Of a DNA stretch of 64,000 bases, positions 18,729 through 29,789 are shown one piece after another. The stretch is taken from assembly GCA_900320615.1 (NCBI GenBank), contig ONSX01000013.1, positions 6,042-70,041 on the forward strand, read 5' to 3'. Position 1 is the first letter of the stretch. The number at the start of each line of letters is the position of its first letter. This DNA is from an uncultured Eubacteriales bacterium. GTDB taxonomy: Bacteria; Bacillota; Clostridia; Lachnospirales; Lachnospiraceae. The notes under the pieces are model-generated. The model did not search any database. It was not told the DNA's origin and saw only the letters and a program-made list of their open reading frames with translations. Made by a program: the position numbers and the translations under genes.

Positions 18729-19601
18729 TCAGCGGATATCCTCGCCTGTCAGCATCTTGTAAGCTTCCTTGTACTTGGCAATCGTCTTGTCGATGACGTC
18801 CTGCGGAAGATTGTAATCGCTGTCCGGATGAGCTTTCAGCCAGTTGCGGACGAACTGCTTGTCGAAGGACGGCTGGTCATGGCCTGCCTCGTAGCCTTCC
18901 ACCGGCCAGAAGCGGCTGGAGTCCGGCGTCAGCATTTCGTCACCGAGGACAACCCTGCCGTTCTCATCGAGACCGAATTCGAACTTCGTGTCGGCAATGA
19001 TGATGCCTCTTGTGAGTGCGTAATCGGCACATTTTTTGTAGAGCGCGATTGTGCAGTCACGGATCGTCTTTGCATACTCCTCACCGTGCCCCGGGAATTT
19101 CTTCTCAAGCACCTCAACGGACTTCTCGAAATTGATGTTTTCGTCGTGGTCACCGATTTCAGCCTTCGTGGACGGAGTGTAAATCGGCTCAGGGAGCTTG
19201 TCGCACTCCTTCAGACCTTCCGGAAGGCGGATGCCGCAGACCGTGCCGTTCTCCTTGTAGCTCTTCCAGCCTGAACCCGTGATATAGCCGCGGACGATGC
19301 ACTCGATCGGAAGCATGGTGAGCTTTCTGCATTTCATGCTGTTCCCGTCGAATTCCGGCTTCCGGAAGAACTCCGGCATGTCGTTTACGTCTGTGCTGAT
19401 CATGTGGTTCGGGATAATATCCTTCGTGTAATTGAACCAGAAGCGGGACATTTGTGTGAGAACAGTTCCCTTCTTCGTGACCTTGTTCTTCAGGATGACG
19501 TCAAATGCGGAGATCCTGTCGGTAGCGACCATGATCAGGCTGTCGCCTGCGTCGTAGATTTCACGGACCTTGCCTTCCTTGATCGGTGAATACTCTTTCA
19601 T
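18729..19601 (-). CDS. purC: SAICAR synthetase
   Basis: EGKVREIY, TDRISAFD, IADTKFEFG, DEMLTPDSSRFW, DKQFVR. Confidence 0.97.
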   Translation of the reverse strand: MKEYSPIKEGKVREIYDAGDSLIMVATDRISAFDVILKNKVTKKGTVLTQMSRFWFNYTKDIIPNHMISTDVNDMPEFFRKPEFDGNSMKCRKLTMLPIECIVRGYITGSGWKSYKENGTVCGIRLPEGLKECDKLPEPIYTPSTKAEIGDHDENINFEKSVEVLEKKFPGHGEEYAKTIRDCTIALYKKCADYALTRGIIIADTKFEFGLDENGRVVLGDEMLTPDSSRFWPVEGYEAGHDQPSFDKQFVRNWLKAHPDSDYNLPQDVIDKTIAKYKEAYKMLTGEDIR

Positions 19602-19831
19602 TCTCTGCTTGTTCCTTTCTGTACAAGAGCTATTGATGTGACCCATGACCGGCCGGTGCCGGCCAACGCCTTGATTCTAGCATATTCACTCCGTGAAATC
19701 CATAGTCTTGGGGCGCATTGCATTTGCAGATGTTATGCGGTATAGTATGGAATACGCTGATATTCGGATTTGCAATCAGATGTCGGCGGCTTATAATAGA
19801 GAAACATACTTTGATGAAGAGGAGACCCGGG

Positions 19832-20311
19832 ATGGAAGAATTACTCAGAATCATCGAAAAAAATCCAAAGCTTCCGCTGGAGGATCTTGCGGCAATGCTT
19901 GACCGCACTCCTGAGGAGACGGCGAAGCTTCTCGACGAGGCCGAACAGAAGGGATATATCCGCGGCTACGAGACGCTCGTGGACTGGGAGGAAGCCGGAA
20001 TCAACCGGGTCACTGCATTTATTGAACTCCACGTGACACCCCGGAAGTCGTGCGGCTTTGATGAGATTGCCGATGACATCGCGGCATTTCCGGAGGTCGA
20101 CAGCGTATTTTTGATGAGCGGGACCTATGACCTGATGGTCATGCTGAATGGAAAGAGCTTTCAGGACATCGCTCTTTTCGTCGCGAAGCGGCTGGCGCCT
20201 CTCGATGACGTGCTTTCGACATCGACGAGTTTTCTTCTCCGGACATACAAGCGGGGCGGAAGGCTGTATCAGGCGCAGGAAATTGATGAAAGAGAGTGTA
20301 CCGTTTTATGA
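19832..20311 (+). CDS. Lrp/AsnC family transcriptional regulator
   Basis: N-terminal HTH, IRGY..LVDW, LMSGTYDL; ATGA overlap with the next gene. Confidence 0.9.
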   Translation: MEELLRIIEKNPKLPLEDLAAMLDRTPEETAKLLDEAEQKGYIRGYETLVDWEEAGINRVTAFIELHVTPRKSCGFDEIADDIAAFPEVDSVFLMSGTYDLMVMLNGKSFQDIALFVAKRLAPLDDVLSTSTSFLLRTYKRGGRLYQAQEIDERECTVL

Positions 20312-21486
20312 TGGACTATGAATCTCTTCTCTCGGCGGGGGCCAGAGAGATGAGACCTTCCGGGATTCGGAAGTTTTTTGATCTCGCGGCAGACATGCCG
20401 GACTGTATTTCGCTCGGCGTCGGCGAGCCAGATTTCAAGACCCCGTGGAGCATCCGGGACACGGCGATCCGGACTCTGGAGCAGGGTAGAACGAGATATA
20501 CGGCTAATGCGGGGCTAAGGGAGCTCCGCGAGGAAATCTGCCGCTATCTTAAGCGGAGATTTGCGCTGACATATAGCGAGGACAATGTCGTTGTGACAGT
20601 CGGAGGAAGTGAGGCGATCGATCTTGCGATCCGCGCACTCGTGGAACCGGGAGATGAGGTGATTATCCCGGAGCCGTGCTTCGTCTGCTACGAGCCGATC
20701 ACATCCCTGACGGGAGGTGTTCCCATCCATGTCGCGACGAGAGCGGAGGACCAGTTCCGACTGACGGCTGACGAGCTGAAGAAGGCGATTTCGCCGAAGA
20801 CCAAGCTTCTGATCATGCCCTACCCGAATAATCCGACCGGATCGATTATGACAAGGGAGGATCTCGAAGCTGTCGCGGATGTGCTCCGCGGGACCGATAT
20901 TATGGTGTTGTCCGATGAGATTTACTCTGAGCTGACATACGGGGCTGAGCGGCATGTATCGATCGCCTCTCTGCCGGACATGGCCGAGAGAACGATTCTT
21001 GTCAACGGGTTTTCGAAGACCTACGCGATGACCGGGTGGAGACTCGGCTACGCGGCTGGTCCGCGGCCGATTATCAGGGTCATGACGAAGATCCATCAGA
21101 GCTGCATAATGTCAGCCCCGACGACAAGTCAGTACGCGGCGATCACGGCACTCCGGAGCTGTGATGACGAGGTCGCAGCCATGCGGGCGGAATATAATGC
21201 GAGACGCCGGTATGTTGTGAAGAAGCTCAATGACATGGGACTCACCTGTTTTAATCCGGAGGGAGCCTTCTATGTCTTTCCGTATATAGGCGGAAGCGGA
21301 CTTTCAAGCGAGGCTTTCTGTACCGAACTTCTGAACGAGGAGCATGTGGCGATTGTGCCGGGCAGCGCGTTCGGAGGCTGCGGCGAGGGCTATGCGCGAA
21401 TCAGCTATGCCTACAGTGTCGATCATCTGACAAAAGCCATGGAAAGAATTCGAAGATTCCTCACGGCGCACGGCTGGCTTGTCTGA
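20308..21486 (+). CDS. PLP-dependent aminotransferase class I/II
   Basis: LGVGEPDF, YPNNPTG, SDEIY, GFSKTYAMTGWRLGY. Confidence 0.95.
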   Translation: MMDYESLLSAGAREMRPSGIRKFFDLAADMPDCISLGVGEPDFKTPWSIRDTAIRTLEQGRTRYTANAGLRELREEICRYLKRRFALTYSEDNVVVTVGGSEAIDLAIRALVEPGDEVIIPEPCFVCYEPITSLTGGVPIHVATRAEDQFRLTADELKKAISPKTKLLIMPYPNNPTGSIMTREDLEAVADVLRGTDIMVLSDEIYSELTYGAERHVSIASLPDMAERTILVNGFSKTYAMTGWRLGYAAGPRPIIRVMTKIHQSCIMSAPTTSQYAAITALRSCDDEVAAMRAEYNARRRYVVKKLNDMGLTCFNPEGAFYVFPYIGGSGLSSEAFCTELLNEEHVAIVPGSAFGGCGEGYARISYAYSVDHLTKAMERIRRFLTAHGWLV

Positions 21487-21555
21487 AGCGGCTGCGCTAA
21501 GGGGGCGCCTGAAGAAGAAAATGAGCGTTTATGCCCGGTGAGACGGGCATGCGAT

Positions 21556-21584
21556 TTGACTTTGAATGGTGTACATGTTACTTT
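21556..21584 (+). promoter_or_regulatory. Putative SigA promoter of leuA
   Basis: TTGACT-17 bp-TACTTT with a TG extension. Confidence 0.5.
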
Positions 21585-21652
21585 TGACATAGAACGACCA
21601 TCCAGCGGGACTATCTTCATTTTCCGGCTGGAGGAGCAAAGGAGTTGAGATT

Positions 21653-23317
21653 ATGTTTGATTACAGAAAATACAAGCGTCAGTATTACATGCCGCCGGTG
21701 GAGTGCCTGGACTGGGTTAAGAAGGATCACGTGGAGAAGGCACCGATCTGGTGCAGCGTCGACCTTAGGGACGGCAACCAGAGCCTTGTCATTCCGATGA
21801 GTCTCGAGCAGAAGCTGAAGTTCTATGAGCTTCTGATCAAACTCGGCTTCAAGGAGATTGAGATCGGCTTCCCTGCTGCCTCCGAGACGGAGTATGTACT
21901 CTGCCGCACGCTGATCGAGCGGCACATGATTCCGGACGATGTCACGATCCAGGTCCTGACACAGGCGAGGGAGCACATCATCCGCAAGACATTTGAGGCA
22001 ATCAAGGGAGCTCCGCATGCAATCGTCCATGTCTATAATTCGACATCTGTCGCGCAGCGGCAGCAGGTTTTCAGAAAGTCCAAGGAAGATATCAAGAAGC
22101 TGGCGACAGACGGCGCACAGCTCCTCGAGGATCTCGGGAAGGTATCCGGTCAGGATCTGCGCTTCGAGTATTCACCGGAGTCCTTCACGGGAACAGAGCC
22201 GGAGTACGCACTTGATGTGTGCAATGCTGTGCTCGATATCTGGCATCCGGACACACTGGATGACGATCACAAGCCGATTATCAATCTGCCGGTCACAGTG
22301 GAGCTTTCCGAGCCGCATGTCTTCGCGCAGCAGGTCGAGTACATGAGCAAGTATCTGAAGTACCGTGACCACGTCGTGCTGTCTCTGCACCCGCACAATG
22401 ACCGCGGTGAGAGCGCCGCTGATTCCATGCTGGGACTTCTTGCCGGTGCGGACCGCATCGAGGGCACGCTTTTTGGAAATGGCGAGCGCACGGGCAATGT
22501 CGATGTCGTGACACTTGCAATGGATCTCTATTCCCAGGGCGTTGACCCGAAGCTTGACTTCTCCGATATGCCGGAGATCACAGAGACCTATGAGGAGTGC
22601 ACGGGCATGAAGGTCTACGAGCGCACACCGTATGCAGGCCAGCTTGTCTTTGCTGCGTTCTCAGGGTCTCACCAGGATGCAATTGCGAAGGGTATGAAGT
22701 GGAGAGAGGAACGCCATCCGGACAAGTGGACCGTTCCGTATCTGCCGATCGATCCGAAAGATGTCGGAAGAAGCTACGACTCGGACGTCATCCGCATCAA
22801 CAGCCAGTCCGGGAAGGGCGGCGTCGGCTATATTCTCGAGACGAAGTTCGGCCTGACGCTCCCGAAGAAGATGAAAGAGGCCATGGGCTATGCGTGCAAG
22901 GCTGTCTCTGACAGAAAGCACGAGGAATTGCAGCCGGATGAGATCTTCGAGATCTTCAAGAGCGAGTTCGAGGGTCTGTCGGATCCGATCGACATCACGG
23001 AAGTTCATTTTGAGCAGATCGACGGCATCACGGCGCATGTTACATCCTCCTACAACGACGAGACCCCGACTGTCACAGATGCGACAGGAAATGGTCGTCT
23101 TGATGCTGTCAGCAATGCGCTGAAGAAGGCCTACAACCTCGAATATTCTCTGGAAACCTATACTGAGCACGCACTGGAGAAGAGCTCTTCCTCAAGAGCA
23201 ATCGCGTATGTCGGGCTGAAGTGGCCGGACGGAAAGATGACATGGGGAGCAGGACTCGACCCGGATATCATCAAGGCGTCCATCGACGCACTTGTCACAG
23301 CTGTCAACAACCGGTAA
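21653..23317 (+). CDS. leuA: 2-isopropylmalate synthase (yeast/actinobacterial type)
   Basis: SVDLRDGNQSL, HPHNDRG, GNGERTGNVD, AFSGSHQDAI, IRINSQSGKGG. Confidence 0.96.
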   Translation: MFDYRKYKRQYYMPPVECLDWVKKDHVEKAPIWCSVDLRDGNQSLVIPMSLEQKLKFYELLIKLGFKEIEIGFPAASETEYVLCRTLIERHMIPDDVTIQVLTQAREHIIRKTFEAIKGAPHAIVHVYNSTSVAQRQQVFRKSKEDIKKLATDGAQLLEDLGKVSGQDLRFEYSPESFTGTEPEYALDVCNAVLDIWHPDTLDDDHKPIINLPVTVELSEPHVFAQQVEYMSKYLKYRDHVVLSLHPHNDRGESAADSMLGLLAGADRIEGTLFGNGERTGNVDVVTLAMDLYSQGVDPKLDFSDMPEITETYEECTGMKVYERTPYAGQLVFAAFSGSHQDAIAKGMKWREERHPDKWTVPYLPIDPKDVGRSYDSDVIRINSQSGKGGVGYILETKFGLTLPKKMKEAMGYACKAVSDRKHEELQPDEIFEIFKSEFEGLSDPIDITEVHFEQIDGITAHVTSSYNDETPTVTDATGNGRLDAVSNALKKAYNLEYSLETYTEHALEKSSSSRAIAYVGLKWPDGKMTWGAGLDPDIIKASIDALVTAVNNR

Positions 23318-23326
23318 GGCAACACT

Positions 23327-23359
23327 GCCTGCCGGCAGCGCATACCGGCAGGCTTATTT
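23327..23359 (+). terminator. Possible terminator after leuA
   Basis: GCCTGCCGG..CCGGCAGGC-TTATTT. Confidence 0.55.
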
Positions 23360-23389
23360 CTACATCATCGCATCGATAGGAGAAACCAC

Positions 23390-24880
23390 ATGGAAGTACG
23401 GTACAAATCGACCAGAAGCGACATTGAAGTATCCGCATCCCAGGCAGTTCTGCAGGGACTCTCAAAGGACGGCGGCCTGTTCGTCCCGACAGCGATTCCG
23501 ACTCTCACAGAGCCGATGGAGGAGCTGGCGGACATGAGCTATCAGGAACTCGCCTATGTTGTCATGAGCAAGTTTCTGTCTGATTATACGGAGGAGGAGC
23601 TGAAGGCCTGCATCGCGGGAGCTTACGATTCGAAATTCGATACGCCGGCCATTGCACCGCTTGTAAAGAAGGACGGCGTCTACTATCTGGAATTGTTCCA
23701 TGGCGCGACGATCGCCTTCAAGGACATGGCCCTGTCTATTCTGCCGCATCTCATGACAACGGCGGCGAAGAAGAACAACGTGAAGGGGAAGATCGTGATC
23801 CTGACAGCGACGTCCGGAGACACAGGCAAGGCGGCTATGGCGGGCTTTGCCGATGTTCCGGGAACGGAGATCATTGTCTTTTATCCGAAGGACGGCGTCT
23901 CCCACATTCAGGAGAGACAGATGGTGACGCAGCGCGGCGCCAACACACATGTCGTTGCGATCAGAGGAAATTTCGATGACGCCCAGTCTGCTGTGAAGCG
24001 CATGTTCAATGACCCTGCGCTGGGTGAAGAAGTCCATGCGGCGGGATATCAGTTCTCATCCGCCAATTCCATCAACATCGGGCGTCTCGTCCCGCAGATC
24101 GTCTACTATGTATATGCATATGCGCAGCTCGTAAAGAGCGGAGAGATCAAGGCCGGAGAGAAGATCAATATCACGGTTCCAACGGGCAATTTCGGAAACA
24201 TCCTCGCAGCTTATTATGCGAAGCAGATGGGCCTTCCGGTCGGAAAGCTGATCTGCGCGTCCAATGAGAACAAGGTTCTGACCGACTTTTTCGCGACTGG
24301 AGAATACAATAAAAACCGCGAGTTCATTCTCACATCATCTCCGTCGATGGATATTCTCATTTCCAGCAACCTGGAGCGCCTGATCTACCGGATCTGCGGC
24401 GACGACGCGGCTGAGTGCCGGAAACTGATGGAGAGCCTTGCTTCAAAGGGTGTCTACAAGATCACACCGGCAATGAAGGAAAGGCTCGATGATTTCCGCG
24501 GAGGCTTTGCGACAGAGAAGGAGAATTTCGCGGGGATCAGGGCTCTCTATGAGAAGACTGGCTATGTGATCGATACACACACAGGTGTCGCCAATGCCGT
24601 TTATCGTGCGTATGCGGAGAAGACAGGGGATAAGACAAAGACTGTCATCGCATCTACGGCGAGCCCCTATAAGTTCGCGGCAGCCGTCATCGGCGCCATC
24701 GCGCCGGATGAGGTCGCCGGGAAGAGCGATTTCGAGCTGATTGATGAGCTTCACAGAATCTCGGGTGTCGCAGAGCCACCGGCAATCACAGATATCCGCA
24801 CGGCCCCCGTGCGCCACAGCACGGTCTGCGCTGTTGATGAGATGCCGGATACGGTCCGGAAGATACTCGGCGTGCAGTAA
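23390..24880 (+). CDS. thrC: Threonine synthase
   Basis: LELFHGATIAFKD, ATSGDTG, SANSINIGRL, VPTGNFGN. Confidence 0.96.
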   Translation: MEVRYKSTRSDIEVSASQAVLQGLSKDGGLFVPTAIPTLTEPMEELADMSYQELAYVVMSKFLSDYTEEELKACIAGAYDSKFDTPAIAPLVKKDGVYYLELFHGATIAFKDMALSILPHLMTTAAKKNNVKGKIVILTATSGDTGKAAMAGFADVPGTEIIVFYPKDGVSHIQERQMVTQRGANTHVVAIRGNFDDAQSAVKRMFNDPALGEEVHAAGYQFSSANSINIGRLVPQIVYYVYAYAQLVKSGEIKAGEKINITVPTGNFGNILAAYYAKQMGLPVGKLICASNENKVLTDFFATGEYNKNREFILTSSPSMDILISSNLERLIYRICGDDAAECRKLMESLASKGVYKITPAMKERLDDFRGGFATEKENFAGIRALYEKTGYVIDTHTGVANAVYRAYAEKTGDKTKTVIASTASPYKFAAAVIGAIAPDEVAGKSDFELIDELHRISGVAEPPAITDIRTAPVRHSTVCAVDEMPDTVRKILGVQ

Positions 24881-24898
24881 AATGCAGAAATAAAAATG

Positions 24899-24932
24899 AA
24901 AGGGCGTCCGCCGCGAGGGCGGGCGCCTTTTT
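24899..24932 (+). terminator. Intrinsic terminator after thrC
   Basis: GGCGTCCGCC..GGCGGGCGCC-T5. Confidence 0.7.
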
Positions 24933-25008
24933 ACGCAGACCCGTCTTTTTGTGCCGCGCAGGAGATGCACGGCCCGGAGGAGGGGCAGGCTGATCGGAGG
25001 CGGAAACT

Positions 25009-26448
25009 ATGGAATGGCAGCGGCTTCTTTGCACAGAACGCGCAAGACAGGAAATGAGGGGCGGGCGCGATCTGCGGTCAGAATTCGAGAAGGATTACCA
25101 CAGGATCATTGAGAGCGCCGCGTTCCGGCGTCTGCAGGATAAGACACAGGTCTTTCCACTTGACAGAAGTGATTTTATCCGGACGAGACTCACACACTCT
25201 CTCGAAGTGTCCTCCATAGGTCGGTCGCTCGCCAACAATATCGGCGAATCGATGATCGAGAGCGGGCTTGATCCCTCCTTCGATGAGAATGCGAAGTCGG
25301 ATGTCTGTGAGCTCACGGCTTGTGCGGGACTGATCCACGATATTGGCAATCCTCCCTTTGGCCATTTCGGCGAAGAAGCGATCCGCGCCTGGTTTGCGGA
25401 GCAGCTCCCTGTCCTTACGGTTCCGTCCGGAGAGGGAACTGTGCCTCTTGAGAAGGCACTCAGCCCGCAGCAGGCCATGGATTTCCGCCATTTTGAGGGC
25501 AACGCGCAGGGACTCAGGGTTGTCTCAAGGCTCGAGCATCCGATCCGCGGAGGCGGACTCAACCTTACATACGGCCTTCTGTCTGCGGTGATCAAATATC
25601 CGGTTTCCTCGCTGGATATGAATCCCGCGTCTCCTGACGTGCAGATGAAAAAGAATGGCTATATGGCGTCAGAGCAGGATCTTTTCGATACGGTGCAGCG
25701 CGTGACGGGGACAGACGGCAGAAGAAATCCGGTCGCTTTTATCCTCGAGGCGGCTGATGATATTGCCTACGCGACAGCAGATATCGAGGACGCCTATAAG
25801 AAAGGTTTCTTCAGCTACCAGATCTTTGAGGAAGAGCTGAGGGCGCGGGGCGTCGGCAAAGCGCATCTGAAGGTCCTCGGCGATCACTACGATATGGCGA
25901 GGCTGGAGGGAACGGTTGACCCTGGCGGATACGCGATCAGGAGCTGGCTGAGAGATGTGCAAGATCTGTTGATCTATGCCGCGACTGACGGCTTTATCAG
26001 GCACTACAGGGCGATTATGAGCGGAAGCTGGGGAAAGGAGCTGATTGCAGACCGGGGAAGCAGGGCTGTCCTCGAGGCGCTGAAGGGGATCGCGTGGGAT
26101 TTTGCGTTCACGTCCTCTTCCATCTACAGGACGGAGATTGCGGCAAATACGATTATCTCGTATCTTCTCGGAATTCTCGTTCCGGCCGCGGTCTGCTACC
26201 GGGGAGACGAGAAATGGACGTACGGTGCGATGCGGACACCGGAAGCAGGGCATGGCGCCCTGCTCGAGGAAAAATACCTGTCCCTCATACCGGAAAATTA
26301 CAGACAGGTCTACCTGAGAAGCGCGGAGCATGCCTCTCATACGGATCAGATGTACCTGCGGGTTCTCATGGCGACCGATTCCGTCAGCGGCATGACAGAT
26401 TCTTATGCAAGGAATCTGTATATGGAGTTGAAAGGATTCAATGTTTAG
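25009..26448 (+). CDS. dgt: Deoxyguanosinetriphosphate triphosphohydrolase (HD-domain dNTPase)
   Basis: FRRLQDKTQVF, RTRLTHSLEV, HDIGNPPFGHFGE, EAADDIAY, SGMTD. Confidence 0.93.
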   Translation: MEWQRLLCTERARQEMRGGRDLRSEFEKDYHRIIESAAFRRLQDKTQVFPLDRSDFIRTRLTHSLEVSSIGRSLANNIGESMIESGLDPSFDENAKSDVCELTACAGLIHDIGNPPFGHFGEEAIRAWFAEQLPVLTVPSGEGTVPLEKALSPQQAMDFRHFEGNAQGLRVVSRLEHPIRGGGLNLTYGLLSAVIKYPVSSLDMNPASPDVQMKKNGYMASEQDLFDTVQRVTGTDGRRNPVAFILEAADDIAYATADIEDAYKKGFFSYQIFEEELRARGVGKAHLKVLGDHYDMARLEGTVDPGGYAIRSWLRDVQDLLIYAATDGFIRHYRAIMSGSWGKELIADRGSRAVLEALKGIAWDFAFTSSSIYRTEIAANTIISYLLGILVPAAVCYRGDEKWTYGAMRTPEAGHGALLEEKYLSLIPENYRQVYLRSAEHASHTDQMYLRVLMATDSVSGMTDSYARNLYMELKGFNV

Positions 26449-26539
26449 TTTATAATCAAGACATCCACCTGGGATGTGCGATCCCCTTGTTTTTCTGATC
26501 CTACAATTCACTAAAGGGATTCTTACATGACCGGTACCA

Positions 26540-27610
26540 ATGTCAGGCCCCATCTTCGTACAGGGGAAGGCAGCGGACAGGCTGCGGAATACAAAAGACG
26601 GCAGTGCTGTCGAGGCATACAGAATCACGAATTCACACGGTGCCTATATCACGGTTTTAAGCTACGGCGCGATCGTAAAAGACGTCGCAGTCCCGGATAA
26701 AAATGGAAAAATCACGGATGTTGCCCTCGGATATGACACGCTGGACAAATACGAGACAAACCCGAACTTCTTCGGAGCATGCATCGGCCGGAGCGGCAAC
26801 CGCATCGCGGATTCGACGTTCACAATTGATGGAAAGGAATATCACCTGACAGAAAATGAAGGCCGGAACAATCTGCACAGCGGGCCGGACGGCTTTGAAA
26901 AGCGCGTCTGGAAGGCTGTTCCGCAGGAGCGGAATGGGTGCGTCTCATTTTCTCTTGTCAGTCCGGACGGGGACCAGGGCTTCCCGGGCAATTTCAAGGT
27001 GACGGTGACCTACATGTTCACAGAGCAAAATAAGTTCAAGATCCATTATGAGGGGATCTCGGACGCGGACACGGTCGCCAATATGACGAACCACTCTTAT
27101 TTCAATTTGAACGGGGAGGGTTCCGGGAACATCTTAAGCCACAAGGTTCTGATCCATGCGGACGGATATACTCCTGTTGGCGAGGGCCTGATCCCGGTCG
27201 GAAGCGTGGAGCCTGTTGCGGGCACGCCATTCGACTTCCGCGAGATGAAGACAATCGGCCACGATATCGCTGTATCCGGAAATGAGCAGCTCTCTCTGGC
27301 GGGAGGATTCGACCACAATTTCGCGCTGAATGGAACGGGGCTTCGCAATGTCGCGGAGGCTGTCGGAGACCGCAGCGGGATTGTCATGACGGTCATGACC
27401 GATCAGCCAGGCATGCAGTTTTATGCAGGCAATTACATCTCGGGACCGGCCGGAAAGCATAGCCACGAGTACAAGCCGCGTGACGGGTTCGCGATGGAGA
27501 CGCAGCATTTCCCGAACAGCGTCAATACACCGGCTTTTGAGAGCCCGATCATTGCCGCAGGTGCGAAATACAGCACGACGACCTGCTATACTTTCGGAAC
27601 TGAGCAGTGA
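26540..27610 (+). CDS. galM: Aldose 1-epimerase (galactose mutarotase)
   Basis: GRSGNRI, NNLHSG, QGFPG, NMTNHSYFNL, GFDHNF, METQHFP; start uncertain (no clear RBS). Confidence 0.9.
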   Translation: MSGPIFVQGKAADRLRNTKDGSAVEAYRITNSHGAYITVLSYGAIVKDVAVPDKNGKITDVALGYDTLDKYETNPNFFGACIGRSGNRIADSTFTIDGKEYHLTENEGRNNLHSGPDGFEKRVWKAVPQERNGCVSFSLVSPDGDQGFPGNFKVTVTYMFTEQNKFKIHYEGISDADTVANMTNHSYFNLNGEGSGNILSHKVLIHADGYTPVGEGLIPVGSVEPVAGTPFDFREMKTIGHDIAVSGNEQLSLAGGFDHNFALNGTGLRNVAEAVGDRSGIVMTVMTDQPGMQFYAGNYISGPAGKHSHEYKPRDGFAMETQHFPNSVNTPAFESPIIAAGAKYSTTTCYTFGTEQ

Positions 27611-27695
27611 GCTCCGATGGTTCGCAAAGAGATGCCGCGTTTTGGCACATGGCGGGAAAAGCGAGACTTAAGAACAGGAATGATTTGAACAGTTC

Positions 27696-28727
27696 ATGCT
27701 GAAGGATATAATGAAGGTATTCGGCGGCTTCGGCCGCCGGACAACAGAAGATCACTTAGGCGCATATGCAACCACATGCGCCTATTTTCTTATGATTTCA
27801 TTTGTCCCTTTCTTTATGATCTTCATCGCGTTCAGTCAGAGGGCCAATGTGGACATCACGGCGCTGACAGACGGAATCATCGCGATCATTCCGTCAGGTC
27901 TCAAGGAATACGTCATGACGATTATTGCAGAAGTCCAGTCGAGGTCCTATGCATACGTCCCGATTTCCGTGATCATTCTGATCTGGTCAGCGGCGAAGGT
28001 GTTTCACGCACTGACGAACGGGCTCAACGTCATCAGCAAGACGTCGGAGACACGTGGCTGGCTGTATCTGCGTCTCCGATCGATGATGTATGTCTGCATT
28101 TTCTTTGCGCTCATCGCGGTCGCGCTGTTTATTTCCTTCAAGAGCAAGCGGATTCAGGAAATTGCGATGACGACACCGTGGGTTGACGACCTGATCAGCT
28201 TTCTGTATTCGTTCCGCGTCCTGTTCGCCTATGTCGGCCTGATTTTTGTCTTTCTGTTTATCTACAAATTTCTGCCGAACTGCCACTATACCTTCCGATC
28301 GCAGCTGCCCGGAGCTCTGATCACATCAACGGTGTGGGTCTTTTTCTCGTACCTCATGTCCCTGTATTACGAGCACAACCGGAACTTCAGTAATATTTAC
28401 GGCAGTCTGACCGGCGTTGTGCTCGCGATGATCTGGCTGTACTTCTGCATGTGGTTTGTGCTCCTCGGCGCGGAATTGAACCGCGTGCTCTACGAGGACC
28501 CCGACCAGAATTTCATGGTCGAGGCGGTCGATGTCATGCGCGACGCCAATGTGAAGAAGCGCCGGGAGATCGAGAACAACCTGGATGAACATTCGATCTG
28601 GAGACCGCTGCGCGACGATGACGTGGAGACGGAGGACCGGCAGCCGGAGGATATTGATATCCCCTGGGAACAGGAAGAGGCGGGCACAGGAAGCGGAGGG
28701 AGGGCAGACCCCGACGCAAAATCATGA
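27696..28727 (+). CDS. YihY/virulence factor BrkB family membrane protein
   Basis: AYFLMISFVPF, YKFLPN, PGA, IYGSLTGVVLAMIWLY..LLGAELN. Confidence 0.9.
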   Translation: MLKDIMKVFGGFGRRTTEDHLGAYATTCAYFLMISFVPFFMIFIAFSQRANVDITALTDGIIAIIPSGLKEYVMTIIAEVQSRSYAYVPISVIILIWSAAKVFHALTNGLNVISKTSETRGWLYLRLRSMMYVCIFFALIAVALFISFKSKRIQEIAMTTPWVDDLISFLYSFRVLFAYVGLIFVFLFIYKFLPNCHYTFRSQLPGALITSTVWVFFSYLMSLYYEHNRNFSNIYGSLTGVVLAMIWLYFCMWFVLLGAELNRVLYEDPDQNFMVEAVDVMRDANVKKRREIENNLDEHSIWRPLRDDDVETEDRQPEDIDIPWEQEEAGTGSGGRADPDAKS

Positions 28728-28811
28728 TTTACAGGCTTTCGACCTTCGGAGGATTCTTCCCGGAAGCCTCTGAAGGAGAAACATATATACTACGTATCAC
28801 CGGAGGTTCAC

Positions 28812-29789
28812 ATGAGTGAAATTGAGAAGAAAGTAAAGGAGATTGAGGCCGGTGCTGCCGATGCGATCCGCAATGCGGACACGGTTGACAGACTGAATGA
28901 AATCAAGGTCTCGTTTCTCGGCAAAAAGGGATCACTGACATCCGTTCTCAAGGGAATGAAGAACGTTCCCGCCGAAGAGCGCCCGAAGGTAGGCAAGTGG
29001 GTAAATGACGCCCGCCAGTCCATCGAGAGCGCGCTTGCGGAAAGACGCGCGAAGTTTGAGGAGGAAATGCTCACAAGGCGGCTTGAGGCTGAAAAGATCG
29101 ATGTCACTCTGCCTGCGAAAAAGCAGAGAATGGGCCACCGCCATCCCAATACGATCGCACTCGAGGAGGTCGAGCGCATCTTTATCGGCATGGGCTACGA
29201 GGTCGTCGAGGGTCCGGAAATCGAATACGACGAGTACAACTTCACGAAGCTGAATATTCCGCCGAATCATCCGGCGAAGGATGAGCAGGATACATTCTAT
29301 ATCACGGACGATATTCTTCTCCGCACACAGACATCTCCGGTTCAGGCGCGAATTATGGAGCAGGGGAAAATTCCGATCCGCATGATCGCTCCCGGCCGCG
29401 TCTTCCGCTCGGATGAGGTCGATGCGACGCATTCCCCGTCCTTCCATCAGATCGAGGGCCTTGTGATCGACAAGGGCATTACATTTGCTGATCTGAAGGG
29501 AACACTTGATGTGTTCGCGAAGAAAATGTTCGGAGAGGACACGAAGACAAAGTTCCGTCCGCATCATTTCCCGTTCACAGAGCCGTCCGCGGAGATGGAT
29601 GTCTCCTGCTTCAAATGCGGCGGAAAAGGCTGCCGGTTCTGCAAGGGAGAGGGCTGGATCGAGATCCTCGGCTGCGGTATGGTTCATCCGCATGTGCTTG
29701 AGATGTGCGGGCTGGACCCGGAGGAGTACGGCGGATTTGCCTTCGGCGTAGGTCTCGAGCGCATTGCGCTTCTGAAGTATGAGATCGAC
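28812..29789 (+). CDS. pheS: Phenylalanine--tRNA ligase alpha subunit; conserved C-terminus and stop absent, reads in frame into pheT
   Basis: HPAKDEQDTFY, LRTQTSPVQ, FHQIEG, FPFTEPSAE, GFAFGVGLERIALLKYEID, then an abrupt switch to PheT sequence. Confidence 0.9.

Noticed and set aside
25009-26448. dGTPase as an anti-phage nucleotide-depletion system
   Set aside because: It sits among housekeeping genes with no defence or mobile context and looks like ordinary Dgt.
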